The notes under the pieces were generated by a model. The model did no database searches and had not been told where the DNA came from. It saw nothing but the letters and a program-made list of their open reading frames with translations. The position numbers were made by a program, and so were the translations under genes. 64,000 nucleotides of DNA from Nitrospirae bacterium MYbin6 (GTDB taxonomy: Bacteria; Nitrospirota; Thermodesulfovibrionia; Thermodesulfovibrionales; Magnetobacteriaceae), in contig PEAC01000006.1 in assembly GCA_002753305.1 (NCBI GenBank), positions 265 to 64,264 of the forward strand. Direction: 5' to 3'. This document shows, piece by piece, positions 37,213 through 46,754 of the stretch (its first letter is position 1; each line of letters opens with the position of its first letter).

Positions 37213-39480
37213 CTATATATCAAGATTCGATGTTATGCCCTTTTGTATTTTGAATTGAAGTGTCCCCAATATTTTGCCTTTATGTACAACTCTGGCCTGA
37301 TAATCCGTTTTCCTGTCAACTTTGGGTTCAAAATGCCAGCAGCCAATATCTTTTATACAGTCATATCTTTTGCCTCCAACCTCTGCCTGCAGCTTATCGT
37401 AGTCCCCGCTAATCGTAAATTTAACTGCCGCTTTTTGTCCTGCTATTAGCTTAATTACCGGTGTGAGCAATGTGATAACTAAACCCGCGTCAAACGGTCT
37501 TTTCGATAATTCTATTACGGGAACCAGCACCTCCTCAAGCGAGGCCCCGCCGTGAATTTCCCCCGTAACCCCGCCTTGTATGCTGAACCTGTCATAGTCC
37601 GCGAATACATGATATTCGTCTTTATCCACACACCCGCCAATCTCGCTGCCGTAGTCATTTTGTTTGTCTATACAGTAGCGCCCATGCCTTTGAACAGACG
37701 CGCCGTCTTTTGCCTTATGTACACATGCCTTATCATGCGCTAATACGGCCAACCGGCTTGCCCCGTGGTCGGAGGTGATTATGACCTTTTCATATTGCAC
37801 CAGCCCTTCGACGGCCTGCCTTAGCGCGCGTTCAATCAGTTCAAATTCATTGATTATAGAAGCCGGATATGGGTCTGAGTCGTGTTTAGCCTTGTCTAAA
37901 TCGCGAAAGAGAATGCTGCTTCGTCCCTGCAGGAAATCTTTATTTAATTTCGTAGTGGTTGGAATATTTGCATATCCGATTCCGGCTCTACAATAAACAC
38001 CTCGGTGCTGCTCTCTGAGCATGAACAGTATCAGGCTTAAGTACTCAACCCCCAGTGCGTCTATCCAAAATATCAACGTATTTTTATCATACGCGTCGTC
38101 AATGAGCTTATTTCTTGAACACAATCCCCACCACGTACCCTTTGACGAGGCATATTCTCTGACTTTATTCATGAATTCGCCAGTCACCGTGTCAGCGATT
38201 TTTTGCCGCTTATACGCTGCAAAGTAATCCGTATAGGGTTCGCTCTCAAAGGCATACGGCTCAATATATGCCTTCAGCGCGGGGTCTGCCAGCTCTAATA
38301 AATCCATAAATTTTTCGGCAAATCCCTCCGTTGCTATCGTCCTGATCGCTTCACATCTCTCCGTCACGGTGCAATCGGTGAGGTAAAATAGTCTTTCCGC
38401 GGGTTTGATTTTACTAATTTGATCGCAAAAAGACGGTGGCGGCTCCACGATTGAAAGATTCCTCAAATATTCCTTACGTTGCCGGTATAACTCCATGTAC
38501 CGGTTATTTTTGGTATCTACTTCAAAAATTAACCCGATAATGCCTTCAATAAAATTCTCGGGGCCGCAACCCGTATCCAATACCATACGCAGATACCCGT
38601 CCGCAACTTCCAGCTTTGACCACAACCATATGGCCCATTTCTCAAAGCTGCCGTAGCCGTTCCACTTTGAAAGCAAATATGCAGCGTTATATTTCGGTAT
38701 GTTAAATAATCCCGTAAAGACGCCATTTAATGTCCTGTCAGAGTCGATCCGTCTCAGCATCTCTTCCCACTGCCAATCCGCGCCCATAGACTCACTTACA
38801 GTTTCGCCGATATTTTTGTGGTATCTCAATATATCAAAGGCCGTAAAGCGTACATTTACATTGTCAGTGAAAATATTATCCTTATAATACTTCACATTAC
38901 TGGTGTAAAGCACAATAGGCTTATCGGGGTTTTCCTCCCAATAACTAAGATATTTCTTAAATCCCGCTATATTATACCCATCCAGGGACACATTCATATT
39001 ATTTGGGACAATGGTAAGAGAGTAATCGCCGTCCACGGTGGTTTCAAGAAATAATACATTTTTTTCAAATCTGGGATCCCTTTTGATGAATTTTGAAAGC
39101 ATAGCTTTCATGCGATACATCGGGATAAACAGGGCGCTCTGGCCGGCATCGGTTTCAAACTCAAGGTTTATCAGTCTCGACATGTAACTATCGCTCTGTG
39201 TATTGTTTATACGCAGGTATTCTGATAGGGGAATTAACAATGTGCTTTCCCTTATTCTCTTTAAATCGCCGAGCATTCTGTTGATATTAGGGGTTAAGTC
39301 ATCCCCTCCGCAGAAGTCCGAGAGTTTTAGCGATTTTGTGCAAATATCGGCCAGCCATGATTTAACCTGAACCCACATGTCGAGGCTATCGACATGTATA
39401 AAGCGAATTCCGCGGGGCTCCTTTCTTTTCAAGTCTCCGTATATATAGTCTTTAAGCTCGTCGAAGGCGCTAAAGTTCAT
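37213..39480 (-). CDS. pglZ: BREX type 4 PglZ alkaline-phosphatase-superfamily protein
   Basis: FWIDALGVEY, PTTT, ITSDHG, HGGASLEEVLVP. Confidence 0.9.
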   Translation of the reverse strand: MNFSAFDELKDYIYGDLKRKEPRGIRFIHVDSLDMWVQVKSWLADICTKSLKLSDFCGGDDLTPNINRMLGDLKRIRESTLLIPLSEYLRINNTQSDSYMSRLINLEFETDAGQSALFIPMYRMKAMLSKFIKRDPRFEKNVLFLETTVDGDYSLTIVPNNMNVSLDGYNIAGFKKYLSYWEENPDKPIVLYTSNVKYYKDNIFTDNVNVRFTAFDILRYHKNIGETVSESMGADWQWEEMLRRIDSDRTLNGVFTGLFNIPKYNAAYLLSKWNGYGSFEKWAIWLWSKLEVADGYLRMVLDTGCGPENFIEGIIGLIFEVDTKNNRYMELYRQRKEYLRNLSIVEPPPSFCDQISKIKPAERLFYLTDCTVTERCEAIRTIATEGFAEKFMDLLELADPALKAYIEPYAFESEPYTDYFAAYKRQKIADTVTGEFMNKVREYASSKGTWWGLCSRNKLIDDAYDKNTLIFWIDALGVEYLSLILFMLREQHRGVYCRAGIGYANIPTTTKLNKDFLQGRSSILFRDLDKAKHDSDPYPASIINEFELIERALRQAVEGLVQYEKVIITSDHGASRLAVLAHDKACVHKAKDGASVQRHGRYCIDKQNDYGSEIGGCVDKDEYHVFADYDRFSIQGGVTGEIHGGASLEEVLVPVIELSKRPFDAGLVITLLTPVIKLIAGQKAAVKFTISGDYDKLQAEVGGKRYDCIKDIGCWHFEPKVDRKTDYQARVVHKGKILGTLQFKIQKGITSNLDI

Positions 39481-42400
39481 TTTGCGTCCTTAGTGGTTTT
39501 CATTATGCGAATTCCAACAAGGGGTTCGTTTTTGATAAGTTCCTTAAGATATGCTTTGGCATCGTCCGCGCAGAGGGTGTCTATAGTTTGGAATACCACA
39601 GGGTAGTATGAGTCCACATATTTTTTGTGTGCAAATTTTTTGACTATCGCGTCGGTTTTCGCTTTCAGTAAATACCAGTCGTAGACATTGCTGCCTAGTT
39701 CGTTTTGCAATGCGTCCTTTAAAGAATTAATGTTTGCACCGGTAAAAAGTATCTCGTACTCGCCCGATATAAATCTCCTGAATATCTTATCGCATAAATC
39801 GATATTATTCAGTTTGCCGATATTTTCACTATTTTCCAAAAACCGTATAGCCGCATCGATTTGTTCATTGCTCGCGGAATCGGCTGATTTATTAATTATA
39901 GAAAACACCCTTACCGCCTCGTTGAATTCGTTTTCAAACATGCACAAGACAGGGATTCTCCTGCTTTGCGACCATGTCTTTGGCGTATCCGTATCCGTTA
40001 GTTCTTTCCATTTATTTACCAGCAAGCCATAATTTTTACTCTTTCGGAGCTGAGAATAATGCTGTTTTATGTCCTGAATATACTGGTCTATGGGTATGGC
40101 AATGGAATTGGATTCCATTTTTTTGTATATGTGGGAGCATTCCTCATCCGAGAGTGGTTCGTTCAGGACAATTCCCACTTTATGGCAAAAGGCTTGATAT
40201 TGATTATCACAAAACTTATTGAACGAGTCTGCGTTTTGCTCCAACTCGTTTATAAGCGCGGCCCTGTTCGTATTTTTTAAGCTGTCTGTCTTATAGGTAT
40301 CGATTAAATAGAAAAAAAGCGGGTTAATTTCCTTACAGCTGTCTTTAAAAAATTCAAAGGGCATTTTAAAAGCGCCGATTTTGCCTTTAATACCATGTGC
40401 CGCGTCTTCCATGGTAGATACGGGGGCGGTTAGAATACCGTTTATACTGTCAATTAGTTTATAGTCCTCATATAGTTCGCCAATTTTCCTGTCTATATCG
40501 CCTACATCCCAGAGCCATGAGGCATCGGGAGATAGTTTTGCTTTCAGATCTTTGATATAGCCCATGTCAGCAATTCCTAGTTTACCCGCAATCGCCTTAA
40601 GCTCAGGCCTTTGCCGTCCGATATAAATATCCATTCCAATCTTTAGATTATCCGTAGTGGCGGCATCTCTCAGATAGTCCTTAATCACGGCGTCTTTTTG
40701 ATAAAGCCGCGCGATGTCTTCCGCGATTTTTGTAACATCCCGTCCAGCATGCCTTTCAGATGAGACAAACTCACATAGTAAATCCACAATATGCGTTATC
40801 GTACCTCCTAAGCCCGAGGTGTCTTTGTCAGCCACATACTCTTTTATCGCCCACAGAGGGAAATTTATGTTGGACGCATGTGTCTTCAAGCCGTGTAGTA
40901 TATCTTGTATCGAATTTTTTTCGCGTATCGTAAAGACCTCGGCCGTAACGCTGCAAAATATTTCGTGTTCAGGAGTCATTCTGACAATACGTATGTTCCT
41001 GTTTTTAGATAATCCTTTGACAAAATCAAAGATTATATCCGCCAAACCATCATGTGTCAGTGCAACGGTGTTTGTCTCATCGTTTCTATAAAACCTGCTG
41101 TCTGCGTATTCCTTGAGTAAAAAACCCAAAAGAAACACCGTCCCGGCGCAGTTCATTAACCCAAAGGGCCTTGCCTGCATTATGCGCCAAATATCTGTTA
41201 CCATGACAGAGTTATTTTTATCAAACTCTGATTTTATTAACTCTTCGATGGCAGCCTTCATTTTAGACACCGGATGAGACGAATTTGTTGTCTCGTAGTT
41301 GTGGCTATGCCACAGGTTCTCATTCATAAGTTTAATCTTAATCGCATCAAGGTATTTATAATTTGACGCTATGGCCAGTTTGTCCATACCCATTACGGCT
41401 GCCGTTGCTCTGAATCCATCTTCAGAAAATAATTTATCCATATCCGAGACTGTCTCAAGCCCGTTTGGGTATAGCCTTGCGTTGATCTCTTTAATCTTTA
41501 ATCTGAAATTAGCCGGACCCTTTACCTGAACCGGCATCTCTCCTTTAGTGTATAGAGAGACAGCCGTTACGTCTAACTTTTGTATCCACTCTTCAATAAT
41601 TCCCTTGGCGTTAGCATCATAAAGCCTGACCTGATTATGGTCTGTCGTAGAGAAGTATTCCGACTTTGTCTTCAGGTCTATATAGTTATTATAACTCTGC
41701 TGTCCAAGAGGCTGTGACGACATATCGGCAATAACGGCGTCGCCTGTGTATTCTTGCAGTAATTTGGTGATTATATCGTGATTTTTTAATGAATCCTCAT
41801 CCTGTTTAGCGTATACAAAAACTATACATATCTTGTTTGGCGGTAATTTTCCGGCAGCGTCGTAAAGTTTCCTCCTGATATCTTCACTTGTGGCAGGCAC
41901 GGCAACGCATCTTGTCTTTAAGTATCCTGATAACTCATAGCGGCTATTGATGCCAAAAGCCAAAACAATTGTTTTAAACGGGTTGTCTTTTAATGTTTTC
42001 TCTCTTATCAGGTTAAGCCTTTCCTCATCTATGGTACGGGACTGGGTAACGTATAAAATATCATTCCTGTCGGGGATACTCCCCAGAACCCCTTTTTTGA
42101 CCAGCTTATCCATGATAATGCGCAACTTGTCATAGATGGCAGTTCCCTCAAAGGCCGCGGAAATATTTGAAAGTGCAGGCCTGAGCAAATTAGAGAAGCC
42201 TCTGCCGGTGATTCCGCCTCTTTTTTGCTGCATCGCGTAGAGGAGGAGTACCGTTTTAAGCGCCCTTTTATCATCTTCATTGTCACATTGATTTTCAAAC
42301 GTATCGTAGTGGCTTATGGTGTTTCTGGTGGCCTCGTCAAGGTCGGGATTATCATAATTTAAAAAATAATCCCAGATATAATCAGACGTTAAATAGTGCC

Positions 42401-43670
42401 AATCATCTATGGAGTGATTTTCAATGTACCAGCGGAAGTTACGCCTGCCCTGCGCTCCCTGCCCTGTGTCGCCGCACAAAAACTGAAACATAGTCCGCTG
42501 GTTAGAGCTAATGACGGCAGAGATTACCTTTAACATGTATGCGGCATAAGGGTGAAGGGGTAATATGCCCCTTAACTCATCCTTTTTTATATCTTGTGGT
42601 ATTGTCGAGGAAACCATCCGCTCTACCTTGCTCCACAAATCATTGGAGATGATCCTCCATTCATCCGTCAGGTCGGGGGCCGTTTGAATTGCCGTTCTTA
42701 TGAGCATAAATGCTGTCTTATCGGGCATTTCTATTGTCTGAATTTTAAATCGGTCCTTAATCTTTTTCATTGAGTCAGAGTCAGATATAAGTTGAGAATG
42801 CGTCAGATGTGTTATCAGCAGGAAGTAAAACGGCATGGTAAACGATGCCTGCGCCAACTCCTGAAGGCCGGTCAGGGCGGTTTGATTGTTCTTAAAGAAC
42901 TCGGTAAACTCATCCCAAATAAACACGATAGCGTAGAGATTGTTCCCTTTGATGATGTCTTCTATCCATGCGATGACATCGTCGGCGCCGTGTGAATAGC
43001 TGAAGTGTTCGCTATCGGCGACCTCAATTATACGCTGTAATAAGTCGAGGGAACCGTCTGTGTCCAGCTCCCCGAGGTCTTTTATTACCTCATCGGGGGT
43101 TGCGTATTCTGTGAATTTTTCTTTGTACCGTTTAAACGCGCCTGCAAAATTAAACGAGGAATCGGGGGTTTTAAGTATGTCCAATATGCTGGTATAAAGG
43201 CTTTTGCCTCCATAGTATGTATAGCCCTTTTCTTTTAAGGCCTTCTTTATGGATTCCTGTATGGCGCTGAACAGCCTGTTGTCCCCGGTAATACCGGCTG
43301 AGGATGACCTGTGGACGACCAATGTCGTGCCTTTTTGTTTCAGGCTCGTAAAGCGAGTTAAAGTAGTTTGGTCAATCCCCTGCTTTTGAAAATATCCGGC
43401 CACATCCCCGATATCGTCCTCTAAGATATGCTTTATGGCAAATGAGGCATAGGTCTTACCGGTGCCGTAAGCGCCGGAAATCCACAGAGAGCGCCTGCTC
43501 TGATTAACTGCCATCTCCAGAGAGCCGGCCAGGTCCTTTAATATATTTTTAAACGTATCGTGCGGCACAAACGCCTTCCAATGGTCTGGATACTTAGTGT
43601 CCAGGTTCTTGCTGAACACGGGGAAAAAATGCTCATCCACCGAAATATAATCTTTATATAACCTTGCCAT
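39477..43670 (-). CDS. brxC: Large P-loop ATPase, BrxC-like
   Basis: WISGAYGTGKT Walker A, IVFIWDEF Walker B, PLHPY, SNQRT; between brxP and pglZ. Confidence 0.82.
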   Translation of the reverse strand: MARLYKDYISVDEHFFPVFSKNLDTKYPDHWKAFVPHDTFKNILKDLAGSLEMAVNQSRRSLWISGAYGTGKTYASFAIKHILEDDIGDVAGYFQKQGIDQTTLTRFTSLKQKGTTLVVHRSSSAGITGDNRLFSAIQESIKKALKEKGYTYYGGKSLYTSILDILKTPDSSFNFAGAFKRYKEKFTEYATPDEVIKDLGELDTDGSLDLLQRIIEVADSEHFSYSHGADDVIAWIEDIIKGNNLYAIVFIWDEFTEFFKNNQTALTGLQELAQASFTMPFYFLLITHLTHSQLISDSDSMKKIKDRFKIQTIEMPDKTAFMLIRTAIQTAPDLTDEWRIISNDLWSKVERMVSSTIPQDIKKDELRGILPLHPYAAYMLKVISAVISSNQRTMFQFLCGDTGQGAQGRRNFRWYIENHSIDDWHYLTSDYIWDYFLNYDNPDLDEATRNTISHYDTFENQCDNEDDKRALKTVLLLYAMQQKRGGITGRGFSNLLRPALSNISAAFEGTAIYDKLRIIMDKLVKKGVLGSIPDRNDILYVTQSRTIDEERLNLIREKTLKDNPFKTIVLAFGINSRYELSGYLKTRCVAVPATSEDIRRKLYDAAGKLPPNKICIVFVYAKQDEDSLKNHDIITKLLQEYTGDAVIADMSSQPLGQQSYNNYIDLKTKSEYFSTTDHNQVRLYDANAKGIIEEWIQKLDVTAVSLYTKGEMPVQVKGPANFRLKIKEINARLYPNGLETVSDMDKLFSEDGFRATAAVMGMDKLAIASNYKYLDAIKIKLMNENLWHSHNYETTNSSHPVSKMKAAIEELIKSEFDKNNSVMVTDIWRIMQARPFGLMNCAGTVFLLGFLLKEYADSRFYRNDETNTVALTHDGLADIIFDFVKGLSKNRNIRIVRMTPEHEIFCSVTAEVFTIREKNSIQDILHGLKTHASNINFPLWAIKEYVADKDTSGLGGTITHIVDLLCEFVSSERHAGRDVTKIAEDIARLYQKDAVIKDYLRDAATTDNLKIGMDIYIGRQRPELKAIAGKLGIADMGYIKDLKAKLSPDASWLWDVGDIDRKIGELYEDYKLIDSINGILTAPVSTMEDAAHGIKGKIGAFKMPFEFFKDSCKEINPLFFYLIDTYKTDSLKNTNRAALINELEQNADSFNKFCDNQYQAFCHKVGIVLNEPLSDEECSHIYKKMESNSIAIPIDQYIQDIKQHYSQLRKSKNYGLLVNKWKELTDTDTPKTWSQSRRIPVLCMFENEFNEAVRVFSIINKSADSASNEQIDAAIRFLENSENIGKLNNIDLCDKIFRRFISGEYEILFTGANINSLKDALQNELGSNVYDWYLLKAKTDAIVKKFAHKKYVDSYYPVVFQTIDTLCADDAKAYLKELIKNEPLVGIRIMKTTKDAK

Positions 43671-43696
43671 TTATCGTGTCTACCCCCGTTAACAGG

Positions 43697-46015
43697 TCAT
43701 AATAATTTAAGGACATCAAGCGATGTCTTTGTCCCTTTTCTCAGGTCTATGTTGTCCAGGTCTTTGTTGAAGGCCACTCCTATGTAGTCGGGATAGTCGA
43801 TAGCGAGGCCCTGAATCAGTTGCTTTAATATGTCTCTTTCTATGCCGAATATCTGCGCTGGGCTAATCCCCGCGCGTTCACTGTTGTCATTAATAAGCTC
43901 CGTTAATGTGAAACTGTAATATCCATCGCTTACCTCGGCAAATTTATACAGGCTATAGAGAATAACGAGCGGGTCTGGTTCTCTCCAGCCGGTGCGCGTG
44001 ACTGCAGTGACTACCTTCCCCTTCAATTCATAGACCCCCACGCCAAGCTCTATTCCGATAGGTGATGCCTTAAATGTCTCCTTTAACGACGAGACGGCAT
44101 TTTCCCTTGTCGAGATTGAATATTTATCTCCTATCAATGCCAAAATTGAAACTATTTCATAGTTAGTATTCATATCTATATTTTGAATGTACCATCTTAT
44201 AATAGCAGAATTATAGGCAAGATTGTTAAAAATTATTGCCCAAAGCCTAATATCATTAGTTTCAAATCTGCTAATCTCCTTGCCAAAGCTCGTTAGTGAG
44301 TTGCCAGATGTCACTTCCGATTCTCTCAACCAAACCTTTAAGGCGTCATACTGAGGTCTTCCTAAAGTATCGGTCTTCCATAATCTATCCCCTTTTTCAA
44401 TAAAATATTGTAACCATTCCTTACGGAATCCAAAACCTCTATAATTGCCTAACCCTTTTATTTTCACGTTATTACCTCCTGTAATAAACATTTTTGATTT
44501 AGCTATCAAACATCCCCTTGTCTTGTCAAGGCAATGCTCACAATGCTGGCACTTGCGGTTGATGCTTATACTATTTTCCTTAAAAAGTATTGCACTCGAC
44601 GGACACTCAACTTCGCAGGCCCTGCAAGCCCTGCAATAGGCGGCCTTATAAAATACATTTTTTAGTAAATATAGAAATCTAATCGAATCTTTTGTGTTCG
44701 TATCTTTTCTTATACTAACGGCGATACTGGATTCGTCTTCTACAATTGTAAGAAAATATGATCTATTCTTGTATATAACCATATAGACATCCTTATCATA
44801 TTTCACTAAGCTGCCTAAAGGTTTTATCCATTCCCTCCAGTCTCCACTCGGGTCCACTATGGTTATAGTAAAAATAGTACCGTTGTCTTGCTCTATCACA
44901 TGGTTGCCTCTTGTAATTATATCTCTTCCGTCTATTCTGTTTTTCCAGCCGCCATTGGAGATATACTTTTCTCTTTCCTCTCTATTGTTTATTTTGCCGA
45001 TTAGGTTGTTATGTATATTATCAACAAACGGCAATGCCTGTTTTTCATAGACCATACCCACTATCTGTTCTTTCCATCTTGATGCCGTGGGACAAATAAG
45101 GCAACCCACCCTGTTTATGCCATAGTTATATGCCTTGTTTAAAAATAAATCGTTTTCAAACATATATAAGAACAGCTCAGCCGTATTCCAATCTAACAAT
45201 GGATGGCAGTTTATCTGGGTTACATGCTTATCGCCGTCGGACACCAGGGAATACGCCGAGCGTGAGTCGCTTTCCTCCGCGCGCACGCCGTCAAACACCA
45301 GGGCCTTTAAGTCCGCCTTGCCGGTCAGCTCCCTTAGCAACAGTATCGCGGGGGCGGACTTGTGTACGCCGCAGCACCAGCGCTGCGTCCTGCTTGGGGG
45401 GCCAAACAGCTCCCATGACTCCCTGGCGTCCAGATGCGACCTCGACGTATGAAACTCCAGTGTGCTCCAGCGTTTCTTTGCCAGCTCAACTGCCTCATAG
45501 GTATCCGATATCTCCATTGTGGTGTCGCTAAACACCACCTTAAACTCATTATGCGGCAGCGCCCTCTGCACCAGGTCAAGCAGCACGAGTGAATCCTTGC
45601 CTCCGCTGAAGGCCACATAAAATACGTCAATCTTTTTCTTCTTATACTCTTTGAAAATCCTGTATATCGTCCCGAGGGTGCCTTGTACTATGCCGTCTGA
45701 CATGGGCTTGTTTTTGGCTGTCATGGCGCTGACGTCAACGGGTTGAATCTCTAAATCTTTCTCATGTATTTTGACGTCGGGGGATGTATACAGGCCGCCG
45801 CCGCTTGCCTCGGCGACAAGTCGCCCTTTGTGAATATAACGCCTGGTCTGCGCCCATAGCAGCGGCCTGTCCGTCTTGGGGTAGCTCCAGTATTTGTTAA
45901 ATCCCAAAAGCTCCAGCTCTTCAAAAAACACTGGGCGCACCTGCCTCGTAATCACGGACATCCTGGTTGTAAGCACATAACCGCCCGTCTCAGAGTCCCA
46001 TTCGTAGTTGTACAT
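43697..46015 (-). CDS. brxP: BrxP: PAPS-reductase-like (DndC/SspD-type) + ferredoxin-like Cys cluster + DUF4007-like domain
   Basis: FSGGKDS, RWCCGVHK, GVRAEES, RVGCLICP; CRACRACEVEC and CQHCEHC; C-terminal FG...W...WL winged-helix-like part; start at ATG 46015. Confidence 0.86.
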   Translation of the reverse strand: MYNYEWDSETGGYVLTTRMSVITRQVRPVFFEELELLGFNKYWSYPKTDRPLLWAQTRRYIHKGRLVAEASGGGLYTSPDVKIHEKDLEIQPVDVSAMTAKNKPMSDGIVQGTLGTIYRIFKEYKKKKIDVFYVAFSGGKDSLVLLDLVQRALPHNEFKVVFSDTTMEISDTYEAVELAKKRWSTLEFHTSRSHLDARESWELFGPPSRTQRWCCGVHKSAPAILLLRELTGKADLKALVFDGVRAEESDSRSAYSLVSDGDKHVTQINCHPLLDWNTAELFLYMFENDLFLNKAYNYGINRVGCLICPTASRWKEQIVGMVYEKQALPFVDNIHNNLIGKINNREEREKYISNGGWKNRIDGRDIITRGNHVIEQDNGTIFTITIVDPSGDWREWIKPLGSLVKYDKDVYMVIYKNRSYFLTIVEDESSIAVSIRKDTNTKDSIRFLYLLKNVFYKAAYCRACRACEVECPSSAILFKENSISINRKCQHCEHCLDKTRGCLIAKSKMFITGGNNVKIKGLGNYRGFGFRKEWLQYFIEKGDRLWKTDTLGRPQYDALKVWLRESEVTSGNSLTSFGKEISRFETNDIRLWAIIFNNLAYNSAIIRWYIQNIDMNTNYEIVSILALIGDKYSISTRENAVSSLKETFKASPIGIELGVGVYELKGKVVTAVTRTGWREPDPLVILYSLYKFAEVSDGYYSFTLTELINDNSERAGISPAQIFGIERDILKQLIQGLAIDYPDYIGVAFNKDLDNIDLRKGTKTSLDVLKLL

Positions 46016-46051
46016 CCCGTTTGCCCCCCACTTGCCGTTGTGTTTTGAAGG

Positions 46052-46081
46052 ATTATAATCTTGTGAAATATTGTATGTCAA
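46052..46081 (-). promoter_or_regulatory. sigma70 promoter of the BREX operon
   Basis: TTGACA(46081-46076)-18 nt-TATAAT(46057-46052); the ORF-track TTG start coincides with the -35 box. Confidence 0.7.
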
Positions 46082-46156
46082 ATTTTTAGTTTGCTTTTAT
46101 AGATATTTTTATGATACACTCACTATAAGGGCGAGGTGTGTTGTCGGCGGCCCGAT

Positions 46157-46214
46157 TGTGACGTGTGTGATGTAGGCGTATGTGATGACGTGTGTGACGT
46201 AGATGATGCGTAAC
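46157..46214. repeat. Short imperfect TGTGA/GACGTGTGTGA repeat tract
   Basis: tgtgacgtgtgtgatgtaggcgtatgtgatgacgtgtgtgacgtagatgatgcgtaac. Confidence 0.55.
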
Positions 46215-46289
46215 TGTGTTGTCGTTACTGTGGTCGAAACGTGATGCTTAAAGCAGCTTTGTGTACAGTTTTAATGGAGGAGGTAGATT

Positions 46290-46592
46290 ATGAAAGATCA
46301 ATGTTCGCATAGTCCGCTTGCAGTTGTCCTGGCATTTTTGCTTGGTGGGTTGTTTGGCGTAGGGATAGCCATGCTTGTCGCTCCGGCTCCCGGTGAACAG
46401 ACCAGGCGCAGAATCAGAGATGTTGCCGGGGAAATTAAAGAACATACCACAGAGTATGTAGACGAAACTAAGGGCAGGGTTGCCGAAATCATAGAAAAAG
46501 GGAAAGAGTTAGCCAAAGAAACTCAAATGGCATTTAACGAGACCCTCGCATGCACCAAAGAGATGGCGGAAAAAACCAGAGGCGCCGCTTAG
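46290..46592 (+). CDS. YtxH-domain protein
   Basis: FLLGGLFGVGIAMLVAPAPGEQTR followed by a helical tail; GGAGG RBS. Confidence 0.88.
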   Translation: MKDQCSHSPLAVVLAFLLGGLFGVGIAMLVAPAPGEQTRRRIRDVAGEIKEHTTEYVDETKGRVAEIIEKGKELAKETQMAFNETLACTKEMAEKTRGAA

Positions 46593-46754
46593 TTTTCCCG
46601 TTCAGTGTACTTTTAAGAATAAAGCGCTGTTGGCATGTCTGTTCCGGGGCGTATCGGCACAGAAGCAGTTCTATAGCCCGGATGGACAGATAAGCTTAGA
46701 GTATTGCTTTGCCATTAGCTAAGGCAGAATGAAAACAGCCGGAGATGGCCGGAG

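Noticed and set aside
43697..46015. Sulfate-assimilation CysH
   Set aside because: Extra Fe-S and DUF4007-like domains and the brxC/pglZ/brxL context indicate a defence role.
46016..46081. N-terminal extension of BrxP from TTG 46081
   Set aside because: The TTG is part of a TTGACA -35 box, so ATG 46015 is the more plausible start.
46130..46250. CRISPR array
   Set aside because: Units are 5-11 nt and irregular, there are no spacers, and no cas genes are in the window.
46638..46690. Structured RNA or riboswitch upstream of the M23 gene
   Set aside because: Only one imperfect stem (TCTGTTCCGGGGC/GCCCGGATGGACAGA) and no recognisable aptamer; it may simply be a terminator.
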